Of a DNA stretch of 37,557 bases, positions 19,701-33,240 are shown piece after piece. The position numbers were made by a program, and so were the translations under genes. Every line of letters begins with the position of its first letter. Position 1 is the stretch's first letter. The notes under the pieces are model-generated. The model ran no database searches. It saw only the letters and a program-made list of their open reading frames with translations, and was not told the DNA's origin. Source of the DNA: Hyphochytrium catenoides (taxonomy: Eukaryota > Protista > Hyphochytriomycota); contig FLMG01002207.1 in the NCBI GenBank assembly GCA_900088475.1, forward strand, positions 1 to 37,557, read 5' to 3'.

Positions 19701-22433
19701 CCCGAAGAATACAAAGTTCAGAGGAAACCATATCAACATGGCAAACAGAAGACGTCATCACCATCAGAAAGAGTCGTTCCGCTGTTCGTTCTTCTTCTGC
19801 CCGGGTCGCTCTCTGTGGGGAATAGCTCCCAAAGAGTAGGAATAGCTCCAAAGTCTTCCATGATAAAAAGAATAGAACTAGGCGCCCGGGCTATAAATCA
19901 TGTTGCAAGCCAAAGCCTCTGAGACCTTCGACGGCAATAGAACTACCTTTAGATTCGAAAAGAACTACTGTTTTGCCTGTGATGTCACTTTTGTCAACCT
20001 CTCGGTCAACAAGGGCAAAGGAGCAGAGCTTTATCATGAACTTGATAGAACTACCTCTCCCCTAGTCGATCCTGGAAGGCCTACGTACAACTATCGAAGA
20101 ACCTCATGGCAGCCCTTTCCCTTGAATCTGATTGAAGTTTGATTCTCTGCTCATAGAACTATGAGTTGCTCCAGGAAATTCATCTTCTTGGTAATGGGGT
20201 CATCGTGGCTTTGTGTCGCTGGTTGAGCGCACACTTTGAAGACATCATCAGTGTGTTGGAAGTTGGAAGCAGGATTGTCTTTATTGCTAGGCTAGGCGCC
20301 AAGCGCTAAACAATACGTCAATTAGAGCTCTGTAAGTCTGGGTTTGACCTACGTAGCATTCCCAGAAGGAGAAGGCGGTGGTAAGGACGACGAACTTCCG
20401 GTCTTGGTGTCTGGAGGAAGAGATCCTGGAACAAGGATAGAATGACAACTAACGAGCTAGGAGAGGACGAGCACAACATCAAGAAGAACAGAATAAGCAG
20501 TCCGCGTTGGCCACGTGGCTTTTCCGAGTCGGGAGTGATCGCCTCGCTACGCCGTGACGACCTCTTCTCGCCATGGTGCGTTGTTCGAATTGATTAACCT
20601 GCTGGGTCTCTTGACATAGAAAAATGCCACTTCCTTACCTGCTATGGTCAAGAGTCCTTGAAAGAGACAGTCCAACGAGCAACAACAAGCACATTGTTTG
20701 ATGTCACGTGTCTTGCGTTGGGTTGATGATGATGGTACATAAGCCCACAGGTAGCTTTCTTCGACGTCCTCCTACCCCTCACCCCTACGGTCTCTCTCCT
20801 CATCCGGCGTCTCCTTGTCCTCATAACTAGAAGGTTTAGTGAAGCTTTCCTTTTAGCGACCTCGTAGGTGCTGAAGCTAGATAGCAGTTCTCTTATCCTT
20901 CACTGTCAAGCGCTCTTAGGGGAACGCACATCTTTGTAGAAGAGTGTTGATATTGATCAGTGTCGAATCGCGAATGATACTGGCCGGTGATGAGCTCTAT
21001 GCCAAGATAACCCTCTAGCGGTGATGGCAGCAGTGAGAAAGCCGTGAATATCTAGTCAGCGGAGCGCGGGTTCTTCTATCTACAGACAACCCGACGCTGC
21101 CTGTATGGACTTAAAGGAGAAGATCTTTAGGCCCATGTCGTTCTTTCATTGCCCACGGCAGCACACCATCCCTATCGACCTTAATTTTCTTGCCACGATA
21201 GGTCAGTAGGTGTCCGTTTCAAGCACTCTCGCGACAACAACCAACAAAGACGTTCACGTTGTGCGGAAGCTGAGAGCTAGCAAGGAAAGCTCAACAAGAC
21301 AACGTAGGCCGCAGCTGCTTATACGACGAAGCTTGATAGTGACAAAAAGGTTAGAAAGTCGAGCAATGGGAGGATAGTGGCGGTATATTTATAAAAGGGT
21401 GATGATGAAGGATAACAGGCGATGCGTACTGAGGCAAGAACAGCAGTTACCGCTGCGTAAATCGACTTGCAAAGCGTCACCGTGACCAGTCTTCCTCCGA
21501 TTGATGATGCATCTTGGCATGGATGATGGTCTCGCCTCGGCATTACGTCTTCTTCGCCAAAATGTTCATCTCCGACTAGTTCTCCGTTCAGCATTAGACA
21601 CTTCTCCTCCTTGTCTGAAAGATGGTGATTCTTTCTCTCGCTCTCCGACATTGCTGGCAGACGGGAGCGTGAGAGTGAAAAGAGACCAAGTTCTTTGTTC
21701 TTCTTCTCTCCTTCGTTCTCTCCTCCTCAATAGGCTTCGTCGTCGTTCTCTTCTCGTCCTTCTCGTCGACCGGCATCATAACAATAGTACTCCAAGTTGA
21801 TCTAAACGTCATGAGGTGATGACGAGGTGATGAAGAGCAGCTTACCCTTGCCATCCCGCCCCCTAGTAGTCTGTCATCTCCAGAACCAACAGCGAGTAGC
21901 ACCAGCAGCTCGCTTACCGCAGCGGGTTGGCCGAGGTCTCAAGGGCGTTACCGGTCAGGGTTGGTTGTGCTTCGTGGTGCGTCCGTTACGGCTAAATCTG
22001 TGTGTTTCTCTTTGGCTCTGGGCTGAGGAAAGCCTGGCAAGTGCAATCTTTCTTCTCAGACTTTGCAATTGATAGCCCCCGCCTATGAGACCGCTCCACT
22101 CGTTCAATGGCCATAGAGAGACACGCCACGGAGTTCTCCTCGCCATTCAGAGGCTACCCAGGCATTCTTTATTGAAAGAATATAACTGAGACAGCATTTG
22201 TGCCAACGTCGATTCTGGCTCATGCAGCGCCACTGCAGTGCGCAACTCAGGAATAGCACCGCGATGAAGCACCAGTTCTTCTAGTGGCTACGCAATAAGC
22301 TTCATATGAAAGGCCATGGGCATCGTCCGAGGACGTAGCGAGCCACGCAGAGATAGATTTGGTTAGCAAGCAATGTCGCAACTACAAGGGCGGCACAATT
22401 GGCTTGCAGAGAGCACACATTAGATCTCTCACG

Positions 22434-25400
22434 ATGAACGCTGCCTGGCTGAGAGATGCCGAGAGGACTCTCGCCCTGAGCAGGGCCCTACAACCAGAAG
22501 AGGTCATTACCTACCCTCTACGAGCCTCCCGACTCAGCCCAACCGCCGGGTGAGTGACCAACAGCTTTCCTGTTGTCTCTTAGGTCACTTCTAATCATGC
22601 TTTCATCAAATCTCCTCTCTATCATGACCTTCCCCACCAAAACTCCGGGCTTCTTGCTCCCTGCACCTGTTTATCCATGTAGAAGGCGACCGAGGGACTT
22701 CATAGAAGAACTCGAGACTGAACATAGGGCACGAGAAGCATCACGAAAGCAGCACGAGGTAAACTGGCACTATGTTCTGCAGCCCTGGTATCTCCCTATC
22801 CTCTTCTGATGCGGTCCATCTGCCCCCTCCTAGCTTGCTGCCACCATTGACTGACTTGTCAATCTACTTTGACCTCCTTCCATTCGAATCCGGCAGGTAA
22901 GGGGAACCCATTTGGAGAGGGGCTTCGATGAACTTAAAAGCGACAGTGGCAACACATCGGGGCCTGATGCTAAGACAAAGAAGACTCTGGAACCCTCTTT
23001 ACCTTCAGTGCCTCCTTCGAGCGCCACGCCCGACAGCGATGGCTTCACGGTTTTGCCTGATATTACCGACTGGCGGCGGCCTAGCAGCGCAGAGGTAGGG
23101 AACCTTGACCTCAACAGTCTTTCTCTCAAATTGTCTTATTGTCTCTGTGTAGCCTCAATTTGCTAAGAGCTCAAGTCATTTCGCGTCAGCTCTATCTCTA
23201 ACAAGATCAATGACTCTTCCCTCCTGTGGCTGCAGATAAAGGAAAGAGTTGAGAAGTGGACGCAAGAAAAAGCGGCTAAAGACAAAGAATTGCGCGCCCA
23301 GCGAGCGGTAAGGCGTCGGCCTACCTTCATAGATACCTGACGCGGGCCTCATACCATATTTCTTCAGAGAGCTGAGTTCCGTGCGAAAGAAGTGCAGAAA
23401 CAAAAACAAGTGCAAAGACGAGAAAGACTTCGACTTCGGCTTGAAGCAGGACCCATCCCGAAGCACGTAGGGAAGGCGAAGAAGCCACCATCCAAGGGAT
23501 TAAAAGGACTATTGGTCTCTCCCTTGGCGCGGTGAGTGTGTCACTTCAGTCATCTACCTCTCCGTGCTCCCTTCTACCTCATTTCTCTTCTCCATCTCCT
23601 AGGAGAGACGCCCATTTCTTCTCCCCACCTAAGCTATCTTCAATAGAGTTTCTAGCCATCTAGCTCTCCGATAGATCCCTTCGTCTCAGTTAAACCTTTG
23701 TGACTGATGCCTCGCTTGTACTGTGCAATCAACAGATCCGCTGGTGTACAGTCTTTCTCAGAGCTGCTGCCTGCCAAGAAGTCAGTCAAGACCTCCAGAG
23801 AGCTCATACTCCAGAGGCAAGGATCCGGAGAAAGCAGCGGTGTAGAAAAAGTACGAAGTCCAAATGTAGGAAGTCGAGAGCTGGCAGAAGCACTTGATTG
23901 CTTGGCAAGTGTACAGTACGTATCACCGTTCTTCCTCTACATCTATCACACATTGGCCGTGCCAAGGCTGCATCTCCAAGCTTCTTTTCTACCTTGCTCT
24001 AGGAACTTCAGCGATACTGATCTACGGTGCATCCGTGTCTGACATATAGGGAAATGCTAGAGCGGGAAGAGGGAAAGAGCGCTCTCCTCAAGCTCCGGCT
24101 GCGGGAGGATCCTTCTCTTGGGCTCCAAATACTTGCGGCCACGATCCGCCTCCTGTTACCGCCTACCTTGGCCACCAGTTCACCATCGTCCTCCACTTCT
24201 CCTCTACCACATCAGAGATCTGGCTCCCACAACAGCCCTCTGGAACCGCTTTACATCTCTCCTCTCCCCTGGTCGGAGGCGGGTCGCATCTTCAGTAGTA
24301 GACCGATGACCTTTCTTCATACGTTTGACATCAATAACATTGAGCCCGATGGATTGGCAGCCATTTGTATAGCAGCCAATAACCGACATTTCCACCCCAA
24401 GGTATATTTCACTCTCTCTGTCCAACAATCTCTTTCTCCACATCCCCATTCGTCCTAGCTCTCGCCTTTCGTTGAGCCATCTAGCTGATAGATGCCGGGT
24501 CCTTTGAGGTCAGTCAATTGCCTTGACGACGATATAGTCCTGGCACAGAACCATCTGTCTGTCAAAAATGATGTGCTACACCTCGCTTTCTTTGCAACCC
24601 CTTCTATCATGACCAGGGATATTTTGCTCCTTGCTCCCACAACTATGGTCCTTATTGTTCCTGTCTCCTGCCAATCCCTTCAATAGCTGCTCGCCAAGGA
24701 ATCCGTGCTTGCATCAAAGCTTTGTCAATGGATCCTCGAGATAGCGCGCTACCACGCCCTACTGCCACCTGGAACAGCCAAAGCCTTATGTGCTGCGAGC
24801 CCCAGTAAAGGAACAAAGCTACGGAACATGGGAAGTGACGGAGAGTTTGAGAAAAAGCTTAAAAGAGCGTCTTCTCTTTTCCCAGTGATGTCACTCCTAT
24901 CGAAAGGCGCCGGAGAGAGACGGGCAGCTCAGGTCTTGTTGTCTTGTTATATTTATCCGGCTGCTGTGCGAAAGGTGACGCGTGTAAGGATAAAAGACGG
25001 CTATGTACCTGAGAGTGGACGCAAAATGAAGACTCATATCAGTAGTCCAACTGACAAGGTGATGGTCACTCATGTTCTTTCGCTGTAGACCTATGACCCT
25101 TGCTTCTAACACTCTGATCTCTGAGCTATTATGTTTTGGCTCTCCTCCGTTGTCTCACCGAGTCCCTCTCAGCTCCCCCGACAGGAGAAGTGCCTTCCAC
25201 TAATAGTTAGAGAGAGGACGGGTTCTCACGACAAGGGAGAAGAGCGTGTCTTGGTAAGTCCGTCTAACTCACTTTCAGCCACCGATTATTACCTGGCACA
25301 AGGACAACGATGAGACGTATTCTTTCTTGTCACGTGTTCCCTTATAACCCTTGAACCTGCCACCTCAAGCTTACCGCCTATGCGTCACGTTTCCGCTTAC

Positions 25401-28400
25401 ATCTACCTCTCCATGTGGCAGTCTGAACTGTCGTCCACACTCGTGGATCAGTGCTTTGAGGCAAGCGCGTTGGCATTCTTAGGCGCGGAGTTATTATCTG
25501 AAGCTCTATGTGATTACATCGTGCAAGACGTGCTCTACTCTGTCATGAGTGTGAACCTCGGTCCCCGTTGTACTACTGAAGATGTTGCCCCGTCATCTAT
25601 CGGCTCGCCTTCTCAATCCCAAGGTAAGTAGATAAGAATAACATCGTACGCATCTTCCCGTTTCGGAGCAGGCATTGCATCTCCGCGCTCCTGCTGGAAC
25701 TTTTCCTAACATTAGACTGGTCTTTCGTATCTTCCGGCTCTTTAGGTGGACCGAGAGAGACCAAGAAGTCAGATGGTGAGAGAACGTCCTCGCCCAAATC
25801 GCCTTTAGGTAGTTATCGGTTAACTGCGAGCAAGAGCGGCAACAAATCGCAGATGGCACGCTACATCCCTTGTTCCTCATCCTCGGACACCACTTTTGCA
25901 TCGTCTTCTTTCTCACCTTGCATGTACCCAGAAGTGGCGAAGGCCCTGGGATTAGCTGGGATTGAGCCTTCGGCGCTTGTTCCCACCATTCCGCCACCCA
26001 CTCTCCCGTCATCCCCATTTTCCCACTACATGTATCCGCAAGTGGCAGATGCTCTGCGTTTCTCTTGTCTACCGTCGTCCGCAGTCAGCTGGAATCATGC
26101 TTCGACATCGACTCCTATCCCTTGTTCGTTGAACGATGTCTCAAAAACGTCAAATGAATCTACCCCTAGATCGCTATCTGAACGAGGTAGAAAAGTAGAA
26201 ACGAAAGAACGAGCTGTCACGTCAGCACCACGCCCGGAAGGAGTAGGCACCCCCGGACACTGTCACCGTGAACTCGGTGCTGGACAAGAAGAACCTGCTA
26301 CAGCCGGCGTTCTCGACGTCCAACTGACTCCAGCAGCATCTTTCCCAATTGGAAATGCTTCAGTGCCTTCCACAGTCTGCATAGTGGAGTGTGAAGCGGG
26401 GGACGAGACAGAGATTACAAAGGCTCAAGTCTTGCCAAGACCTGACGCCGAAGTAGATGAAGATGGGCAGAAAACACGAAAAGAAAGAAGAGCGCAGCCA
26501 GGCAACGTCACACTAACGCAGCCAGGCAACGTCACACTAGCGGAGGAAGAAAGGGAGAATATAGCGGGAGCTCTGGCCAGGGCATGGATCAACCAACATC
26601 TCGAGCAAATTGTGTCGGACGTTATCTCTCGGTCGGTCGCAGCACTAGCTGCACCATTGGCTGTCAAGGAAGAAGAGCATTACACTGCTGCTGGAGCTCA
26701 AGCTAGAGTGGGCGGCAATGACGAGGCTAGAGCGGTTTCACGTACGGGAGATAGGGAGCACCAATCCGGACAGAGCTGCACAGACTCAGCTAGTCTGAAC
26801 ATGGAAATTGAAGAATCTAAAGGAGCAGCGAACAAAGACGACATCATCCGAGGCACTACTGCTTGTCTGCTATCAGCAACTGCGATAGCCGTAGGCGTAG
26901 AATTAGCGTTACGGCTTCTTTCGTCCGCTTCATCCTCACAACAACCATCATCCTCAGTTCGTGCCTGCCAGACTGCTCTCTCCCTCGAGAAGGTGCCTGA
27001 GCCTGCTGCTGTCGTCGACTCGGGCGACCAGGAAAACCTATTGATAGTGTCACGGAAAAGTGAGGAGGCCGATGGCACGACGGAGAACTTTCTCCCTTTG
27101 GCAAGCTTGCCCTCATCCTCTCCCCCCCACTCGTCAGCCGCTGTTGAACGCAGAGTGGCATACGAGCGGGTAGACGTAGTAGTTCAGGTACCAACAGAGG
27201 AGGAAGTCCTTGATGATGACCCAATACCAAGGCGGACAAGTGCCTATGAGGCTGCTACATTGGACGGAGGAGGAACAACTGCAGGAATAACCACGGCGGA
27301 CGGACAGGGAGCAAACAGTATACTCGTAGTACCAGCAGTACTTCTATCCCCTTCTTCCACAGCCAACGTACCGGGTGTCTCCCTCACTTCTTCGCTTTCT
27401 TTATCTCCTGCGAACGGGTTACCCTCGTCCTCCTCTGTCCTTTGTTCCTCCACAACTACGACGGCACCTCGTACCAGCACAACTGCTACCGAGACAACTA
27501 CTGTTTTATTACTCGACAGTGCTCCTCCCAGTGCTGAGAGCTTATTATTACTCCCGGACGAGACAGTACACGGCGCCCAACTGTCAGCAGATCCGCCGTC
27601 TATCCAAGGCTTAGGCTTGCAGGCAGAAGAAAAGAGGGGAGACAGAGAAAAAGAAGAGGATGTAGTTCTAGGACTTCCAGACATGTCACATTCTCTAAGC
27701 GGTAGTACTCTTAACCACGCCAGAAATAGTGACGAGGTCCAGCATGATGACATCACCGGAAAGCGCGTAGAAGAAGGGGATGGGCGCACTATCGCTGTCG
27801 ATTCTGAACGACAGATCATATTTTCTCCTTCCGGTTCCTGTCAGGCTGATGTCTCTCCTCAACCTCTCCTGCGCCATCACGGGTGCAATGTGGTCGCTCA
27901 TCGGGTGGTCTCTTTGGCTTTTGCGGAAGGAGTTCGGAAGACTCGGGAGGTTTTGCAAGGGAAGCTGGAACAATGCCAGGAGAGCGGAGGCCCACAACGT
28001 GAACAAGAAGACGCGAAAGTTAGTTCTAGTCAAGGGTTGAACGAGACTAGCCCTGAGTGTGAGCTCAAGCTGGAGGATAACGGAGCTACGTCATCACTGT
28101 CTTACATCAGTGGCGTTCCATCAAGAAGCAGTGATGACTTAACGCAAGCAGTGGTTGACCCCAGTACCGATAGTAGACATCCTTCAAGTCCTCGTTCACT
28201 CCCAACCGGTCCTGTTAATGCTAAGAACATGGAGCAATCCTCCTCCACCCTCCTTGCCCCTCCGTCGCACTACCTCTCCCTAGCCCGCGGGTTGGCAGAA
28301 GATAATATCATAAAGATCAGCCGCGTCGCATTGGAGACAGCGACACAAGCTGGGAGAAGAGTATCTGACTCGTCGGTCCTCCCTTCCCACTCGTCGGTCG

Positions 28401-29524
28401 TTCCTTCTCCTCCAATCTCTCCAACTCCTCCTCCAGTTGTTTCAACTCTATCCCAGGTCAGCTCTGCTAGTTACGAGGCACAGGTCGGCAAAGATGAGAT
28501 GATCTCACTCCCTGCACTGGTCTCTCCAATCCAAACCTCATCTTCCCGCGCCACGCTTAGTGACCGAGATGAAAGAGCTTCGACGGCGGTCCATAGTATC
28601 ATTCAGATGGCGCTTGTCTCCGCAACAAAGTCAGCAGCCGCTTGCATTCCTGTTACCAGTACCCCTAACGCCCCATCTTCCAGCCACAGCGAGGAGGAGA
28701 GTCATTTCAAACCGACCCTACCGAGCACTAAGGAAACAAGTCAAGTCCCTTCCACTTCTTCCCCGGCCTCTCCTCTTCTGGCTGGCGTTGACATGTCTCA
28801 GGTCCTTGCAAGGGAAGCCGTGCGTAACCTCACAGCTAGCGCCTTGCGTTGTGCCGTGGTGCAGCAGTCCTTAGGGATTGGTCTCTCCACTCCCGGCATA
28901 AGTTCCTCAACGTCTTCGACTTCACCGTCTCGTCTGGGACGATCGAAGAGTCTAAGGGCAAGCAAAAGAGAGAGGAAAAGGAATGGTGAGGATAATGGAG
29001 ATGAGGGTAGACCCCGAGCGAACACTGCATTACTCGCTGGCGACCGGCTTCTGTTCTCTCTTTCAGCCCCAGATTCTCCCTCGCGACGTGCTCTTTCTCC
29101 TCCGAGGCGGCAACAGGTAGTCCTCAACCCCAAGGGAAATCTCTCCGCTCGGATGAGGCAACGAAAGAGATCCAACTCTATCCCGCAAGAGATCACCAAG
29201 GTAGATGAGATAGTTCTTCAACAGACCGCACGGGAAAAGGAGCAGAAAGAGAAGGAGCAACTCTCCTCTTCTTCTTCTCAACCTTATCCTCCAAAGCCGA
29301 AGGTCTCCTTGCCAGTCATCTTAGAGTCAAAGGCACTGTGGATCCCTTCCCCTCTAAAGAGGAGGACCATGTCTCTCCCTGTCATCCTGGAAGACGGTGC
29401 AAGCAAAGCTCTGGAAAAGGCTCATCCTACTTCTCCGTCACCGTCTGAGGTTCCCACCGAAGGGCAGAATGATGAGATGGACCTGCCAACCAAACTTCCT
29501 GCGGACGTTCAAAAATCGCTATAA
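22434..29524 (+). CDS. 11-exon ~1863 aa protein with an isolated dynein-heavy-chain-type microtubule-binding domain and a ~1200 aa disordered tail
   Basis: Phase-consistent GT-AG model: 22434-22549, 22683-22758, 22897-23094, 23236-23307, 23368-23531, 23736-23915, 24050-24401, 24687-25058, 25173-25253, 25422-25623, 25746-29524 (5592 nt). The last exon contains the 1223 aa ORF. An MTBD-like sequence spans exons 7-8. The start codon is the least certain part. Confidence 0.8.
26494..26540 (+). repeat. 24 bp in-frame tandem duplication (QPGNVTLT/QPGNVTLA)
   Basis: GCAGCCAGGCAACGTCACACTA occurs twice. Confidence 0.9.
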
Positions 29525-29985
29525 AGAGCTAAGAACATGGCGCCCCACGGGTGCCCCAAAATATCACTCGACATCGTTCTAATAGCAAGGTCACTGTTAG
29601 TGGCCTAGGACAGAGAGGGACTGGAGGACAGAACAGGAAAGATGCCGTAGGCTAGCTGCGGACCATTGTCAGACCAGGGAGAGAGCGCGTTAAGAAGCAC
29701 CGTTTTCCAGATAATAGCTAAACTAAGCAGTGCTATCCATTTTGAAGTAGGAGAACATTCCCTTTCTCTCATCCTTTTTGGATTTTCCACGTTTCTTTCC
29801 CTTCATCACACGTTGAATTCCAGCTGCTTGTCAATCAGCAGTCTGACTTTCTAGCAAACTCATGCGCGAGAGTATAAGAGACAAAGGAACTGGCGAGTGC
29901 CAATAACAGTGTGTTCAGAATAAAATAACCTTAGCAGGGTTGTCCCTCCACATCACCCACTACCCTTCTCCCTCCTCGAGATAGT

Positions 29986-32813
29986 CTACTCCCATTCTAT
30001 GGTCGCAGGAGGTTTGCTGGAGATGTCATAGACCACTCTGTTTACGCCTCTAACTTCATTGATGATTCTGTTGGAGATGCGGCCCAGCACGTCGTACGGC
30101 ATGTGGTACCAGTCAGCTGTCATGAAGTCAGAGGAGGCGACCGCGCGCACTGCAATCACTTGCTCGTACGTCCGGCCATCGCCCATCACGCCTACGTCGT
30201 AGGAGTCAAGGTGACAGGGGAGAGAGCGGAGGCAATATGAGATGAAGAACATAAAGGGCGAAGCCGAGGGAGCCAAGAGAAAGGGAGCACTATGATGCCA
30301 GGCAGAAGGAGAATCTGTTCCACAGCGGCCAACTCTTTAATGCCACGCAAAAAGACATTCCTCTCCTTTCACCTACCGACGGACTTGACTGGCAGCAAGA
30401 CGCAGAAAGCCTGCCCGATATACCGATAGTGCCCTGCCTTTCGGATCTCCGAGATGAAGATATCGTCTGCCTCACGAAGGATGGCCAGTGATTCCTCGGT
30501 AATCTCCCCAAGAACCCTAATAGCTAGTCCAGGACCCGGGAAGGGATGCCTCCATACGCTCTCTTCCTCGATGCCAAGAGCCAGCCCGAGAGATCTGACC
30601 TCGTCCTTGAAGAGCTCTCTGAGCGGCTCTATGAGCTTGAGCTTCATGTTCGCAGGCAAGCCGCCTACATTGTGGTGGCTTTTGATCGTTGCACTGGGTC
30701 CCTTGTATGATATGCTCTCAATCACATCTGGGTATAGGGTTCCCTACAAAGATAATACCGGCTTAGCAGAGACGCAACAGGCTCCGCAATGCGAATGGGA
30801 GCTAATGAGGGAATCATGGACACAGACGACACCAAGCAATATAGAGCTAGAACCTCGAAGAGAGCAGATAGTGGGACCTGATAGGGAGAGAACGACGGCT
30901 AACACGTTTGAGACCTGAGAAACGTGATAGAGCGGCAGAGAAGAGAACAGTAGTGATCGGGGCCAAACTAGGATCTGTGAGAGGCTTGGTGCCACGCCAA
31001 GGTCTGCTTCCTTACCTGAAGTAAGTAGTCAATCTTTCCCAGTCTGAGAGCTTCCTCTTGGAAGACTTCAATAAAAGTCCTTCCAATGATCTTTCTCTTC
31101 TGCTCAGGATCCGTGACACCGGCGATATTCTTGAGAAAGAGCTTTGAGGCATCAATGCAGCGCAGATTGATACCCAGCCTGTTTCTTAGTCGGTCCAGCA
31201 CGATCTCTGACTCGTCCTTGCGCAGGAAACCGTTGTCAATCAAAACTGCGTGGAATCTGTCACCTATTTAACGCAGACCAAGCAGAAAGAGAAGATCAAT
31301 GCGTCAGGAGAGGAGCATCAAAACTACATTCTCTCCCTAGTGGTCAGCTTCGATGTGATTAGCGTCTGAATAGCAGTCACTTCAAGCCACGGAACTGAGT
31401 CCAAACCCCTGAAGTACTGCTTTGACTGAGAGCACTTCGTCACTGTCTCGTAAAGACCTACCAATAGCCTTCTGCAGCAGCACTGCGGCCACTGAGGAGT
31501 CGACTCCGCCGCTCACAGCTCCAATAACATGACCGTCAGGGCCAACCGTTTGACGCACCTGCCGGACGGATAAGACTTTTGTCAGCACGGGTCGTTGAGA
31601 ACTTCACAAGGGCGATCTCAAACCTGCTCAATAAATTCATTCGCGATATCCGCCATATTCCAGTCCGTGGAGCAGCCGCAGATCTTGACCACAAAGTTCT
31701 GCAGCAGGTCCTTTCCTCGCGGAGTGTGTGTCACCTACGAAATAGCTCGTTAGGTCAGGACGCTCTTATCCCTCCAGCAGTACATGCGTCTCACAATCTT
31801 TCCTCCTCCTCCTGCTAAGTTGCCTTGCTCACACTTCGTCTGGCCTCCGTTTCTCTCGGCAAACGGTCTAGGTCAATCTTTCTCTGTTGTCTAGGTTTCT
31901 TTCTTAATCTATCTGCCTGTTCTCACACTCGCCACATTCACAAGGCCTCGTATACCTCAGGATGGAACTGGATTCCATACATCTTCTTTTCCAAGTTGGC
32001 GATGATGCAGTGCTCAGAGTTATCCGTGTGTCCGACGTCAATAAAACCCTCAGGCACGGCGGTCAACTTGTCGCCGTGGCTCATCCAGACCACGAACTCA
32101 TCGCCTAGATGCTGAAGAATATCGACCTCGGAAGGAAGAGGGGAAGATAGCTTCTTCCTCTTTACAACGGCCTTTCCATATTCTCTGTGCAATCCAGCGG
32201 CTACTTTGCCACCAAAAGTATGTGCCATCTCCTGCATGCCGTAGCAAATGCCCAGAACAGGAAGCTTCCTCTTCTCAATGAGTTCCCAGACGCCAGCGTG
32301 AACATGGGGCGCACCCTTTTCATAGACAGAGTTTGGCCCGCCCGACAGAATTACGCCCTTCAGATTCAATGGCTCGAGCTTCTCAGGCTCCACAAGGCAG
32401 GAGAAGAGCTCACAGAAGACATTCAGCTCTGCAGGGTAAAGGTCAAATAAACGTTAGGGTTTACCAGGCTCCTGTTTCTCTTCCTAGACCAGGTCCTCAC
32501 TTTTCATCTTCCTCAAGCTTATCAACTCAGTCTCTCGTCACACCCAGTATCTGTTATCATTCTCTTTCTTTCTCCTTAGAGCCGGCCTCAGTCTTTCTAT
32601 CAGGCATAACTCCTCCTAATCCTTTGCTTAGAATAGGGTGCCATTCAGGGGCCCCCGCCCAACTCAGCAAGATCTTGCTCAGTTATTCGTTCATCTAAAG
32701 CCCTACTTCGCATAAGAGTTACCTCGGACACGTCTGGCGATAAGGTGGCTGTATTGGGATCCGAAGTCCAGGATGGCCACTTGGTCACGATGAGCTAGCT
32801 GACTGGAGTCCAT
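29986..32813 (-). CDS. GMPS: GMP synthase (glutamine-hydrolysing), 7 exons, 530 aa
   Basis: Exons 32813-32723, 32428-31956, 31734-31624, 31558-31462, 31263-31016, 30743-30377, 30191-29986, all GT-AG and phase consistent. Motifs [81 protein letters not shown]. Confidence 0.98.
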
Positions 32814-33019
32814 TCTGCCTTCTATCTAAGACGCCAACAAATCAAGCAAATGGACGATGGCCTCTTCTTCGCTCCTTCAAACGCCAAAGTGACGGCCGCC
32901 GGTATCGCGGTCAGTTATACTCTTCAGTAAAGGATGACTGAAGCGAAGGAACTGGAAGCCAAGAAGAGTGTCTTTGCTCGTCCCTCCCTCGTCTCCAAAA
33001 GGCTGATACTCAGGAACTT

Positions 33020-33240
33020 CTTATCCCTGTCCCTCTTTCTCTCTCTCTCTTCAACTCTTCGCGCTCTCTCTCTCTCACACACGCTCACCCTGCCGTTGAA
33101 GACTTCTGCTGTCCCTCGGCTCTCTGGCTCTCTGTCTCGTCTCTCCGAGACCGATACGAAGGCCCAGATCCCCATAGTCTCATTAACTCTAAGAGCTCTC
33201 TCCCTCACTGTCTCTCTCTCTCTGTCTCTCTGTCTTTCTT
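33020..33240. repeat. (CT)n-rich tract upstream of the GMP synthase start
   Basis: Seen directly. Confidence 0.8.

Noticed and set aside
19850-22350. Short ORFs and coding-like stretches
   Set aside because: No recognisable motifs or consistent splice model could be built by eye. The region may hold decayed repeats.
25853-29524. 1223 aa ORF as an independent gene
   Set aside because: The frame is open upstream to a splice acceptor at 25745 and joins in phase with ten upstream exons.
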